NCBI GenBank assembly: GCA_001662655.1 | Contig: KV460238.1 | Reading direction: 5' to 3' (one strand) | Length of the DNA stretch: 64,000 nucleotides | Source: Pseudogymnoascus verrucosus | Lineage: Eukaryota | Part shown: positions 12,055 to 22,974 of the stretch, one piece after another | Numbering within the stretch: the first letter of the stretch is position 1 | Layout: every line of letters starts with the position of its first letter | Program-made: the position numbers and the translations under genes | Notes under the pieces: model-generated | Databases searched by the model: none | Seen by the model: only the letters and a program-made list of their open reading frames with translations | What the model was told of the DNA's origin: nothing

Positions 12055-12381
12055 GACAAGCAGGCAGGTCACAGGACCTGATGTGGCTCTTCCTATATTG
12101 TACAGAAAAAGCGACCGTACAAGGGTTATAGGTTGCAGCCACGGTAACTTCCGACTGCTACTTATGTGTTAAAGTCTATGTTGAGTAGAAAGGCGGTTCT
12201 ACTTTCAGAACGAACTTTAAATGTTCGTTCTGAAAGGGGTAAAGGTATTCGGGTTATCTCGCCTACGCTAGTCTTGCCAAAAGGGGTCTAGTGTTACAGC
12301 TCTCAGAGGAACTATGGACTGGGTGTGCCATAGAACAAGACTAGCGCGAAATTAACACTAAACTAACACATGCTTCGCCTC

Positions 12382-12447
12382 TGCTTAGCCCACTCACCCC
12401 GCTCACCCCACTCACCCTGCTCACCCTGCTCACCCCTCGCCTCACCC
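12382..12447 (-). repeat. Inverted array of the same 9-bp unit (TGCTCACCC on +), ~6-7 copies
   Basis: cactcaccc cgctcaccc cactcaccc tgctcaccc tgctcaccc is the reverse complement of the 8939-9058 unit. Confidence 0.9.
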
Positions 12448-12464
12448 TTCAGGCGGCAAGGGGC

Positions 12465-12676
12465 CGTGATTCTGCGCTATGCCTATTGGCACGATTGAGA
12501 CCATTAATCTGATGTTACGCAAGCAATCCTCTGGCTAATAGTTAAATCGGTGCCATCTTGCCTATTGGGTGAGCCCTGCCGCCTTTACCCTTATTTGGTG
12601 ATCGCGATCATCTCGACCACCTCGACTACCCAAAAGTGGGTCTATTTTTTACAACGCGTTGTATCGCGACAGTGGA
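12465..12676 (+). repeat. Direct repeat copy 2 (longest copy)
   Basis: Shares 12520-12676 with copy 1 and 12465-~12590 with copy 3. Contains cccaaaagtggg and a perfect 14-bp palindrome tacaacgcgttgta (12650-12663). Confidence 0.9.
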
Positions 12677-13648
12677 CTTTAACGCTGACTACTAAACGAT
12701 AGGAGACACAGAGGTTTCTTCAGTTCTCACAGTTCCATCACGTGAAGTCCCCATAAAGAAGTGCCCTCGTGAACGTCAGCACCTTCTCTACGCAGTGCCC
12801 TTCCTTAGACGGGTACCTGCTAAAGGGTAGGTACCTTCTTTCAACGGTGCCTGCTATTTAGTCGGTACCTGCAATTCACGCGGCCACGAATCCGAGCAGT
12901 GGCCACACCTAAGCGCCGGAGAGAGGATATTAATATCCCACCTGCCTCCATCTCTTGGCTAAATCGGTGAGAGTTAGAGAGGGTCGAGGCATCAAGGGCA
13001 TCAAGTACGGCGATTGGACGTGTGGCGGTACGTACCCCAACCCCGTGCATACTATTAGCAGAGCCTCAATGGGAATAGCGTCGTCGTGTCCAATCGGTGA
13101 TCGGTCCGGGCCGCCATCTGTGTACCCCTGTTAGTACCCGCGTATTGCCCGTTGCCCTCCTACAACCCTCACTATTCTACTGCCCTTCCGCCGCATGTTA
13201 TTTTACCATCTTACGATGTTCTGCGGCATATGGGGTACAGGTTTTAGCTGTAACATAAAGGTACTAACTAAAAGTTACTAAAGCTGTCTTAAAAGGGAGC
13301 TAAAAAAGGGTCGAAAAGGGTCGAAAATGCCCTGCATTAGCGACTGGTACAGCTGAACTAGAACTCTAGCTGAACTTACTGACCCAAATCAATCGCCGCC
13401 AATCTAGCCACCACCTGCCCTCCTGCAAATTACCGCGCGCGACAGCCACCGTACCGCCGCCTAGCCGCCCATCTCCCCCCGACCACCACACCGGTCCCAA
13501 CACACCTTATAAGCCTAAGCCTTCCCCCCGGGCCCTACACCACTCTACTATACCTGCTGTGCAGTTAGTGCTACACCACCACATCACGAAACACACATAA
13601 GAAGCATTTGGCATACTGGCGCGCACACGCTCCCGCCTCTGCCACGCT

Positions 13649-15096
13649 ATGTATCTGGGGGTCGGGCAACGGCGCTGCATCACCCTTGTCCTGAGCGCCT
13701 TCATCGCAATCGTTTTCTGCGCCTCGTACTGGCAGTGGTCCGGCGGCGAGCATGTGCGGCTAATCCCATCATTCCATGATGCCGATGTGGCCGGCGCAGG
13801 GAAGGGCGGCGTGCTGACGAAGCCGGGGACTGCGAAGGAGCTGAGCCCGGATGAGGTTGTGCTAGCCGAGTATGATGAGGCGCCTATACGGGAGATGTGC
13901 GCGAATTCGTCGTGGGCGGATAGTCGGAATGTGGTTGTTAACTGCGAGAGCCGCGTCGGCGGAGTCGGTAGGCCTCACCCTCAATCCATCCGTAGCTCCT
14001 AGCTAACCCTTCGCCCTTAGGCAACGTTCGCCAAGAATTCCTTGTCTGCGTGCGCCAGGCCATCGAAATCGGCGCCTCGCTGATCCGCCCCAACATCATG
14101 CTGCGATCTGAGGGGCTAATAGAATACCAGAACGGGCCCGTCCAGAACATGTCGTACCTTTTCAACCTAGAGCTGTTTGACGCGCGCCTCCGCTCCGCGT
14201 GCCCTTACATGCCTATATATAACGACCTTGCGGAGGTGGAGCACGTCGGCGAGATCGCGCGCGTGGACCGGCCACGGAACCTTCCGGAGGAGCAGGGCGT
14301 TCAGCTGTCGTTTACAGAGTGGGCGAGGTTGAATCGACAGCCAGAGGGCAAGATTACCGTTATTACCATGCCAAGGATCACGGGGCAGACGTACGTTCCC
14401 CCCCCCCCACCCATCTAACAACCCTTACTAGCAGGCAAACTAACCCCCCTCAGACCTGTATGCGACGACCCCTCCCCTTTCGTGGCCAACTTCGGCCGCC
14501 TCGTCGAGTTCCGTACCGACACCCAACGCCTCGCCTCCACCATCCTCTCTGCGCTCCTTACACGCTTCTCGCCTGCTTTCCTCCCCTACTACGGCCTCGC
14601 GAACAACACCTTCATCGGACTGCACTTCCGCACCGAGATTGACGCCGTTAACGTCGGCTATACTAGCTTCGAGGAGCAGACTGCTGCGTACCTGTCCTTC
14701 GTCTCCGCAACGCCGATTCGCGCCATCTACGCCGCGTCAGGGAATACGACGAGTCTGTCCCTTTTTGCGGTTGAGGCGGCGAAGCTCAACCCCCCTGCCA
14801 CGGTAGTAGCGAAGGGGGATTTACTAGAGGGTAAAGACAAACAGGCGTTGGAGGCGCTTACGTGGGATCAGCAAGCTCTCGTCGATTACCTCGTCCTCAC
14901 GAAAGCGGCGCAGTTCGCGGGCGTGAGCGATAGTTCGTTTTCCTGGGGCATTGCGTATGCGCGCCAAGTAGTGAGCGCTGAGGCCGGAACGTGTCAGAGT
15001 GTTGGCGGATTAGAGAAGGGGGTGCAGTTCCGGGATGAGCTATCAACGGTTTTTGGGCGGCCGAGGGATTGGCATATTAATAAGCTGTGGCCGTGA
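13649..15096 (+). CDS. Type II membrane O-fucosyltransferase-like (GT-B) protein, cargo
   Basis: N-terminal TM anchor; introns 13968-14020 and 14391-14453. Motifs 'GGVGNVRQ', 'FIGLHFRTEID', 'DQQALVDYLVLTKAAQFAGVSDSSFSWGIA' are typical of the O-FucT fold. Confidence 0.7.
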
Positions 15097-15477
15097 GGTG
15101 AGTAGGGGTAGGGGTGTATTTTTGTATGTTTTTAATGATTTGTTTAATATCTTAAGCATATTAAATTTTCTTTTATAACTCATTAACGCTCACTTATAGC
15201 CGTCTCTGTTACTCTTCTTATTTAAGTCTTATTTTAGTAAATAGATACATTATCTTAAATAGACCTAGAATAGCATGGGATCATTAGATACTAGATAGTA
15301 GAGGGTATCTGGACATTTGCAAAAGAACTGCGAATAACCTGATTTAATATCAATGCTGCTATACCGAAGAAAAAACACCTTCCTACCTCGTCGTTTACCT
15401 AAGCCCGATCTATACTACATGGATGACGACCTCGGCCGGACCGTCTTTTGATTCTTTCCAGCTGCTCCTCTCTGCGG

Positions 15478-16422
15478 TCAAGCTGCCTCATAAATCCCAT
15501 TAGGACCCTGAGAACGCGACAGGGGCTGTCTAGGAACCTCGTAGAGACCTCTAGGATCCTCTGCAAGAGTCTGGGGAGGCGGTGAGAACTGATTCCATCC
15601 TCTACCCGCTACTGGAGGCTTATAGTATTCCTCGACTGGCGGAGGAGCTTGGTGGCCTAACGTGCATTGCCCGGTAGATTTCTTTTTAGAAAAATGTCTC
15701 CAGACAAGGAATCCCAGTCCACCGAGTACCAAAAGACCAGCAAGTGTCGCGCCGACTGCAATACCTGCAACTGTTCCAGTGGACGGTCCCGGGTGGGGGT
15801 TTGGTTCCGGCTCTAAAGTTGGTGGTGTTGCTGCTGCTTCTGTCGCTGCTGCTGCTGCTAATGATGATGATGATGGTGATGACGATGATGGTGATGATGA
15901 TGTTGATGATGGTGATGATGATGTTGAAGTAGGGTTGACTGTGGGCGCACTCGTTGTCGACGACACCTTAGGGACAGTGATGTTGAAATAGTGGCAAGTT
16001 GTAATGATCGTATCGTCATGTCCGGCACCGAACAGTGTCAGATAGAATACAGCGTCATTGCCATTGCCATCGCTAGTCGCGAAATTGTAGAAGCTCACTT
16101 CCCAGTTGACACTTTTGGACTTCGTGTCAGCTGTGTCTCAGTCAGCTCACATACGACAAATGACCCAAAGGTCTTGGTTTCGCTTACATATAAGCACGTA
16201 GGCCTTCCTCGTCGCAGGATAGTCCTGCTGCAATACGAGGTCCGTTGTCTCAAGGTCTGACTGCCATTTAATGTTGAGGTTCATTCCGACCTCATATTTT
16301 GAATTGGCATCATAATTCCCAAAGGGTCCCCCACCTGGAGGTACTAGGAAATAGCTGTTGTTGAGGGCATCGATACTCGCACTGAACGCGGCGAGGAAGG
16401 TGAGCGGCCATAAGGAATACAT
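15478..16422 (-). CDS. Single-pass membrane protein with signal peptide and Ser/Thr-rich stalk (Mid2-like architecture), cargo
   Basis: Signal peptide MYSLWPLTFLAAFSA; intron 16187-16131; Ser run encoded by a GAT microsatellite at ~15861-15925; TM 'VAGIAVGATLAGLLVLGGLGFLVW' followed by RHFSKKK; C-terminal 'IYEA'. Confidence 0.75.
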
Positions 16423-17645
16423 AGCAAGTGCGGGATGAGGCAAAGTGTTTTCCTTGAAAATGAACATTTTCGAGTCAGACCAAAGGGAAAACTTCAGACG
16501 AGGAGCGGTAGGATACACATCCCCCGCTCCAGCCTTAGTTATTAGAATGAATGGTAAAGTCAGGCTGTTTCAGCAGGCGCTATGGATCAGTTGGAAATTG
16601 GCCCACTCATTGTTAACTTGCCAGTCAAGAGCGGCAAGGGCTTGGCGTTGGTCTGCAAATAAATGGGCGCTTATCAAGTCTTGCGGCCCGCCCCGCACCT
16701 ATGCCCGCGCATCCACAGACTCACCAATATTGTGCCACCTGCGCCTGGGAAACGGGGAGCTAGGTAAAAGGCTCTTATAGGCGGACATAGATGAGATGGA
16801 GATATAGAAGGTAATGGAACAATGGTTACTCATACTGCAGCTTACCCTAAGTTTGCGTTTTGGGATACCGCAGCTTCTTTGAAGGTGCAAAGGCCTTGCG
16901 CCCGTCTATCCAACTTGATAGCGCAAGGGGACGCGGTAGTCAAAGCTTTCTAGATGATCGGCGTAGTACGTACTCTGTAGTGTGGCATCAAAACCATCTA
17001 TGACACCTACTGTAAGGATCTTCAATGAACAGGGCAGTACGAGGTCACGTTCTTCAATCGTATACGCGTATATAGATCCTGTAGATTACAGAGACTGAAC
17101 GCTGACCTAGCTCTGAAGGTCCGCGTTCCTACTATATACTACAGCTGCACGTGTTCTTCGGCCTGATGTTCCTCCGTCTTGGCTCTGCAACTCACGTGTT
17201 ATAACTCCGCACGTGATGCGTTCGTGACACCTACTCTGAGTTTAGTGCTTCACAATTCAGGTTAAGTATCCGGAATATTTTGTCTCGCCTGTAAATCGAA
17301 ATTATCTTATCAGGCTCATTACCGAATCGCCGTTCTGAGTATCACCGCAAGTACTGTTTCGATCGCGGATCTTGCGGCGCCCGCGTGTGACGGAAGGTCT
17401 AATATTACCAACACTAGAGGATATAAAACGGGAATCACTGAGGCATACTCCATCATGGGCCCTTCGGAATTTGCATCTGAAAAGACTGTCCGCGAAGATC
17501 GCCAGAGCTTCTTACTAGTTACCTCTAGCTCTATACCTATTATACCTTAGTCTGTACCTTTAGACCTTTTACCTCGTTCTTAGACAGTGTGAAGCTAAAG
17601 GCGTTCGTTCTTACTAAGTTAGGCTAGTAGAGGGCGTATAGAGAG

Positions 17646-17902
17646 CATGATTCCATGCTATACCTATTAGCATGATTAAGACTATTAGCTAGAGGATACG
17701 TAAGCAAACACCTAGATAATACTTAAATCAGTGCCATCTAGCCTAGTAGGTAAGTCTTGTGTAATGATGTACAGTTACGCTTACGCTACACCTTACTAAG
17801 CTAAAAAGACTACAATATTCCAGCTTAGCTAGAATACACGTAACACGCTATATATACTATAACGGTCGCATGCCAGCACCCCGTTACACCTTGCTGCCCT
17901 TG
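17646..17902 (+). repeat. Direct repeat copy 3 (RIP-like mutated, split by a solo LTR)
   Basis: catgattccatgctatacctattagcatgattaagactatt..taagcaaacacctagataatacttaaatcagtgccatctagcctagtaggtaag..[LTR]..ccttgctgcccttg. Differences from copies 1 and 2 are mostly C>T/G>A. Confidence 0.85.
17760..17888. mobile_element. 129-bp solo LTR with 5-bp target-site duplication
   Basis: Starts TGTAA, ends TTACA; flanked by tcttg / ccttg (one C>T). The host repeat resumes exactly after it. Confidence 0.75.
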
Positions 17903-18844
17903 GATTTTCTTGCTTAAATACTTAATTATAGCAGGAAAGACATCTACTTCTACATGTCTTGTCTTACCTAGATAGAAAAGTAACAAAGGCATTTAAGTTA
18001 GTATTAAAAGTAATTACCGCTTCGATCTTTCTTAAGTAGACTTAAGCTTTATTAGATATGCGATAAGATACTAGGCTTAGTTAATTGCTACAAGACACAT
18101 TTTTTAAGCTTAGATAGAACCCTAACGAGCTATTAAGAGAGTTCTTACTACTATATAACCTTTAATTAAGAAGTAGATGTAAATTTATAGCATTAATTGC
18201 CTAATTTAAGCGACTTCTTAGGCACTTATAAGTACAACTCTATCACAAAGACACGCGTATCAGTGAACATATCAGCATGATTCCCTTCTCTTTTATAAGG
18301 TAATATTATGTCATCCCCACTCACATAGATAGATTCTTTAGGCGTACATTTTCCTTTTGCTATGAATCTAAAAGCTTCGAGTGGCTTCAACACTTTTAGT
18401 CTAGATGGGATTCTGCTGTCCGTGCGCCAACCTGAAACTGTCGATTTCATCCACCTTACCCTTACGAACCGCTTATTCTAACGTTTCTCAATTGAAATTC
18501 CACTACTCTAATCAATTTCGAAGGCTTCGTGTGAGCCGCAGGCTAGCACCCACGTATTACTATGTAAACTATGGTAGAGGTTTTGTTATTAAAAGAGCCG
18601 TGAGCAGGCGCTCGCGAACACACTTCGCTTCCCGAACGCAGTTTGCCTCCTCCAACCCAGAGCAAAGCGAAAGCGATGGGTTAGTTCCAACGATTAAGGC
18701 ATTAAATGAGAAGAAAAAAAATTTAAGTTAATAAATTTTAAATACACTTTTAAACTATCAAAAGTACCAAAAAAACTATTTAAAACACACAATTAAACTT
18801 AGCCCAGCTTGTAAGTAAGTGAAGAAAAGCGTTTAGTTAACTAC

Positions 18845-19614
18845 TTAATCACCCTTCGGCGGGATTGGAGCACTCCACGCAGAACCGCGAGCTTTAATAC
18901 GGTCGCGGTCTTCGAAAATCGACCTAGCGGCTGCAGGGTTGCCGCAGGCCAGCTCAGCTGGAGTCCAACATCTGCCGCTATCGCAGCAAGTAAGCAGGCA
19001 CACGCTGCCAGGAACAGGGCAGTCGGCGATGGTGTTGCAATGAGTGCCGCCGCAGTTATTCGGTATGTTACAGTACCCCAAGCCACGTTCGTCGGGCTGG
19101 CAGACACAGTAGGTTTGAGTATTGCAAATACCGGCTCCGACACACTGAGCTACGGCATTGCAGTTGCTTAAGGGGCGGCAGATGCCCTTATCGCATTTCG
19201 AATTGGCGGGGCACTATGGTGGTCGCTTTGTTACTAAGGCAGAGAGTAGGTTGTCACAGATATTCAAACGTACAACTTTTCCACACGCACCGCAATTCTT
19301 ATTGTCAGTGCTGGTCTCGTCACACTGGCCGTTGCAGAATTGTTCAGTTAGAGAAACCTTCTGTGGACCACAGATATAGCAGGGTCCTTGTTTTAGTGCG
19401 GCAAGAGCTACACACAGGCCGCCTCCAACGACGTTTTTACCGTAACTATCCAGGCACCATTTTAAGCAGCCGTCAATTAGAGTGCGATCCTCAATCACTA
19501 GCGACAGGGCAGTGGTAACTGTGTCTCTTAGTTAGGCAGGTCAAGGAAACACGAACGTAACAGATTATTTCTTGTAGGCTTACTAAAGAAGAGCAAAATG
19601 AAGAATCTAGTCAT
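18845..19614 (-). CDS. Small secreted cysteine-rich protein (~214 aa, 26 Cys; STIG1-like 'DNKNCGACGKVC' motif), cargo
   Basis: Three exons 19614-19584, 19518-19274 and 19213-18845 with canonical introns. Signal peptide MTRFFILLFFITTALS; TATATAA ~95 bp upstream. Confidence 0.8.
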
Positions 19615-21080
19615 TATGAATTTAGGTCACTGTTAAGATGCAGATTCTGTTATGTGTTAATTGACAACGGACGGCCGTTTGCATGTCATGGGAGTGGAAA
19701 TTTGGACTTTATATAAGGTAGTTAGGATTATCTAGATGTTAACGGGGACCTCAGGTCATCGATCGGTCAATGGTCTTTAGAACTCAACTGCTGTGACGTG
19801 ACACAAGTTATCGATGGCACTGACACTCGGTCTTGGGTACCGTACTGGCATTCAGCTCTTGGCGCTATCACCTCTGGCATCGGGAAGTCCCATCGTTAAC
19901 ATCAATCTAGACGGGCCTGACTGAGCCTCCGTCATAACAACATCTCGATCTGCTCGATTTCCTTTCGCAGCTACCGTAGTAATGTTACCATGTGGAATGA
20001 ACCGTCTTCAACTACTGCCGTATTGCGAAGGAAGATCATGTCACCATCATCACCACTACCACAGCACCCACCCAGGTCAGTCCAATCCCTTACAGCAGCC
20101 TCATCTCATAATCCCCATCCGCACAAAATTTTAAAATTGTGCAAAGTCCATACATGCAAGCTTACAGCATAACCCCGCCCCGCCGCGGCCGCGCCAAATC
20201 CAACCTCCATCCAATCCATCCCAATTCTGAATTTATGCTCATTCCGGAAGGGGGAACCGCACCCCCCGGTCAAGTGGTGTGTGAATGATGTGGTTGTTTC
20301 CTTTCGGGTAACAGGGCGTCAGTCAGTCACTAGAACGACGCTAGAGCCAATCACCCGGACGCCACTGCCATTTCAGGGGTAGTGCGCTGGTTGGTTCGAT
20401 TTATGTTGTATGCAGGGCGAAGGGAGAAGTGGAGATGGGCTGGGTGGTAGGTTAGCTCTTCCCGTGACAGACAACAGAACAGTATATTAGTGGAACTGAG
20501 AACGTACCATTAGTAGTAACACAACCAAACCGGCATTTCTGTGGGGAAACTTGTAGATTAGGTCGACGGTTTTAGAATGACGTCGACGAAAAGATCAGAT
20601 CGATTAGCGAAACGAAATTCTGCCCACGGGGAGTTGGAGTTGCGAAGTTTGCCTGAATCACTCGACTTTCGACCCAGCCGATTGTGCTAGACCAATCAGG
20701 CACGCTAGATCATTTGTCCCGCACCTTTCTGAACACATTTTGGCTCTTCCTGGCGATCTGAATCTGGCAATCTGGCGATCTTTTTGGCTGCTGCCGTGCA
20801 GATTCAGGCTCAGCGATGATCAATCTACCTCGAGAGACTTTGGAATTTGTCATCCGCATTCTTCCTAATAGAACAGATAATTCTTCAAATCTTCTGCAAT
20901 AAGTATATATGTTGTGTGAAATCAAGCTTTACAGCTGACGGTGCTCCCCGCCTATCTTCCGACCAAAATACCTTCCTCCCTTCCCGCCTCCTTTTTGTCC
21001 TCCAACACATCAAGACCCTGCGCATATGTCACAAGTCATCGTACGTCGTACAGTCGCTGCGAATGCCAGTTATAGTATAC

Positions 21081-21122
21081 GTGGACGGGATGCCCAATTC
21101 TCTTGAATATATGGTCGTATGT
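21081..21122 (-). rRNA. 5S rRNA gene, 5' half
   Basis: Minus strand reads ACATACGACCATATATTCAAGAGAATTGGGCATCCCGTCCAC, the typical ascomycete 5S 5' end. Its TTCAAG is complementary to CTTGAA in the 3' half (helix II). Confidence 0.9.
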
Positions 21123-21303
21123 GGAAGATGTGGATGTATCCATGCTTTTGAGGTGAGTGAACTTTGCGCAGGATACAGACAACAGGCTGGACTTCCCACA
21201 CCCTTACTCCCCACCACTACTTGATCTTCGTTAGGCCCAACCGGCCGTGAGTGGACGGCGGTGTAGTGGGGTATCATGTATGTATTCGTTATCCAATTAT
21301 TCA

Positions 21304-22398
21304 TTAGTGACGGTGGCGATCAGCCCTGTCTCTGTCCCTATCACTACTCCTGTGTCTGTGCCTATGTCTCCGCCTCTCTCGACTCCTCTCTCGATCTCGG
21401 CTCCTATCCCGATGTGACCGCCTCCTCGACTCACTATGGCTGGACTTCCGATCCTCGCGATGTCGGCTCTTCGATTTATCCTCCGATCTATCCAGAGAAA
21501 ACCCCTCAAGTTCATCATCCGGGTCGTCGCGAGCCTTCCTCCTCGAACTAGCCTTCTCCATCTCCAACATCTCCTTTTCCCGCTCCTCCTGCCACTGTTT
21601 CCTCTCCTTCGCCACCTGCCTAACCTTCGCTGCTCCCTGCCTCATGGCAGCCAATGGATCGTTTGATACAATCCTCGTAGCTTCCCTCTCTTTCCTCCTT
21701 GGATCCTCATTACCCCAAACATCTTTGCTGGGCACCTCGAGTGGCTCATCGACAGCAAGGCCCGCCTTACCAGAGGAATACCACGGGCTCTCTAACCCCT
21801 TCTTAAACCCAGCCGCATCAGAGAATTTGACCGTGTAGTTATCAGCGTACTCTTTCTTCCTCTTCGCTAGCTCCTTCTCCGCTTGGAGCTTCTTCGTGTC
21901 GTCCTTGGGCGCTTTTGGGCGCTCAGAAGGGAAGAGATCTATGTGCCCCGACTCATCCAGTAGGGGTGCCTCAGTAGTCGGTTTCCTCAGAACAATCTGT
22001 GTATCCTCGCTCGCTGATATCTTCTGCTCCTTCGCCACCCTCATCTCAAAATCCGTGTCATCTTCTCCCGCCCGCTTCCTCTTCTTCTTTTCCCTGGCTG
22101 GACCACGCTCTCTTGGCTCTCGCCCGGATTCATCGTGCGCTTCATCGATCTCTAGCGGGGGCGGGGTTTCGCCGCGTAGTATGGCTATTCGGCGTGCGGC
22201 ATCGATCTCTTGCATGCGCTGCTCCTCGGCCTCTTCTTTTGCCTGCGCGATAGCCTCGTCGCGCTTGACCTTCTCGATATTATCGGCATTGTAGACATTC
22301 CACGATTTCTTGCCTAATAAATGTCTGTATTCCCATCAGCTTCAGTTCAAGCCAGCCCATAAAGTTAGCTACGGGATATGTATTACTTACAAAGGCAT
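21304..22398 (-). CDS. Cir_N-domain (LENG1/CIR-like) nuclear protein with RS/RD-rich tail
   Basis: MPL, then intron 22390-22326, then HLLGKKSWNVYNADNIEKVKRDEA (Cir_N signature); 'DPLAAM' motif and a basic R/S/H-rich C-terminus. Confidence 0.8.
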
Positions 22399-22974
22399 GA
22401 TAGGCAGTGACAGCTCGTGGCTGGAGAGTTGTACAAACGTTGTGCCGTCGAGGCTCACGTGGGGACGAGGCTGAGAGTATGATCCCGCCAAGACATTGGA
22501 GGGGCTAGCGGCGAGACCGACATAAAACCCGCCCACCAGGTGCACAGACCCAAGGTTACTGAATGCTGATGCCGAAGCTCCAATCGTCTCTTGGGACAGA
22601 GCAAGCAATCGCAATAAGAACGGAGTACACCATTTCCAAGGGAGCTTCATATTTTATGCCATAAGTTAGAACGAAGGAGAATATATCAGCTTCATTTGCT
22701 TTTTGGGAAGACACCGTTGTCTTTATAACCAGCCTTTCTCCACTCGCCGGCACCTACGTAAGAGGAGACACGGCATCAGGACAGGTCGTCACCATCGTTA
22801 GGACACATTTCAGACTTAGCTGAGCCAATACAACCTTTATCTTCCATTTGTGAGTCATTGAGATATAACTATTGATTTCTTTTACTTTCGACGGAAACTG
22901 GCTAATACGGTGTTATCAGAGTCTCGAATCCGATAGCTTCTCTGCGGTTGCACTCCGACTCAGCACGAACCACA

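Larger units (their letters stand above)
8788..21080. mobile_element. ~12.3 kb cargo-bearing insertion in 5S rDNA (Starship-like, no captain detected)
   Basis: Bounded by the two halves of one 5S gene. Contains accessory genes, internal direct repeats, a solo LTR and AT-rich RIP-like tracts, unlike the conserved flanking genes. Confidence 0.8.

Noticed and set aside
8783..12676. LTR retrotransposon interpretation of DR1-gene-DR2
   Set aside because: The repeats lack TG..CA ends and a TSD, and the enclosed gene has no gag/RT/integrase motifs.
20340..20410. GGTTCGAT T-loop-like motif suggesting a tRNA
   Set aside because: No cloverleaf stems or A-box found around it.
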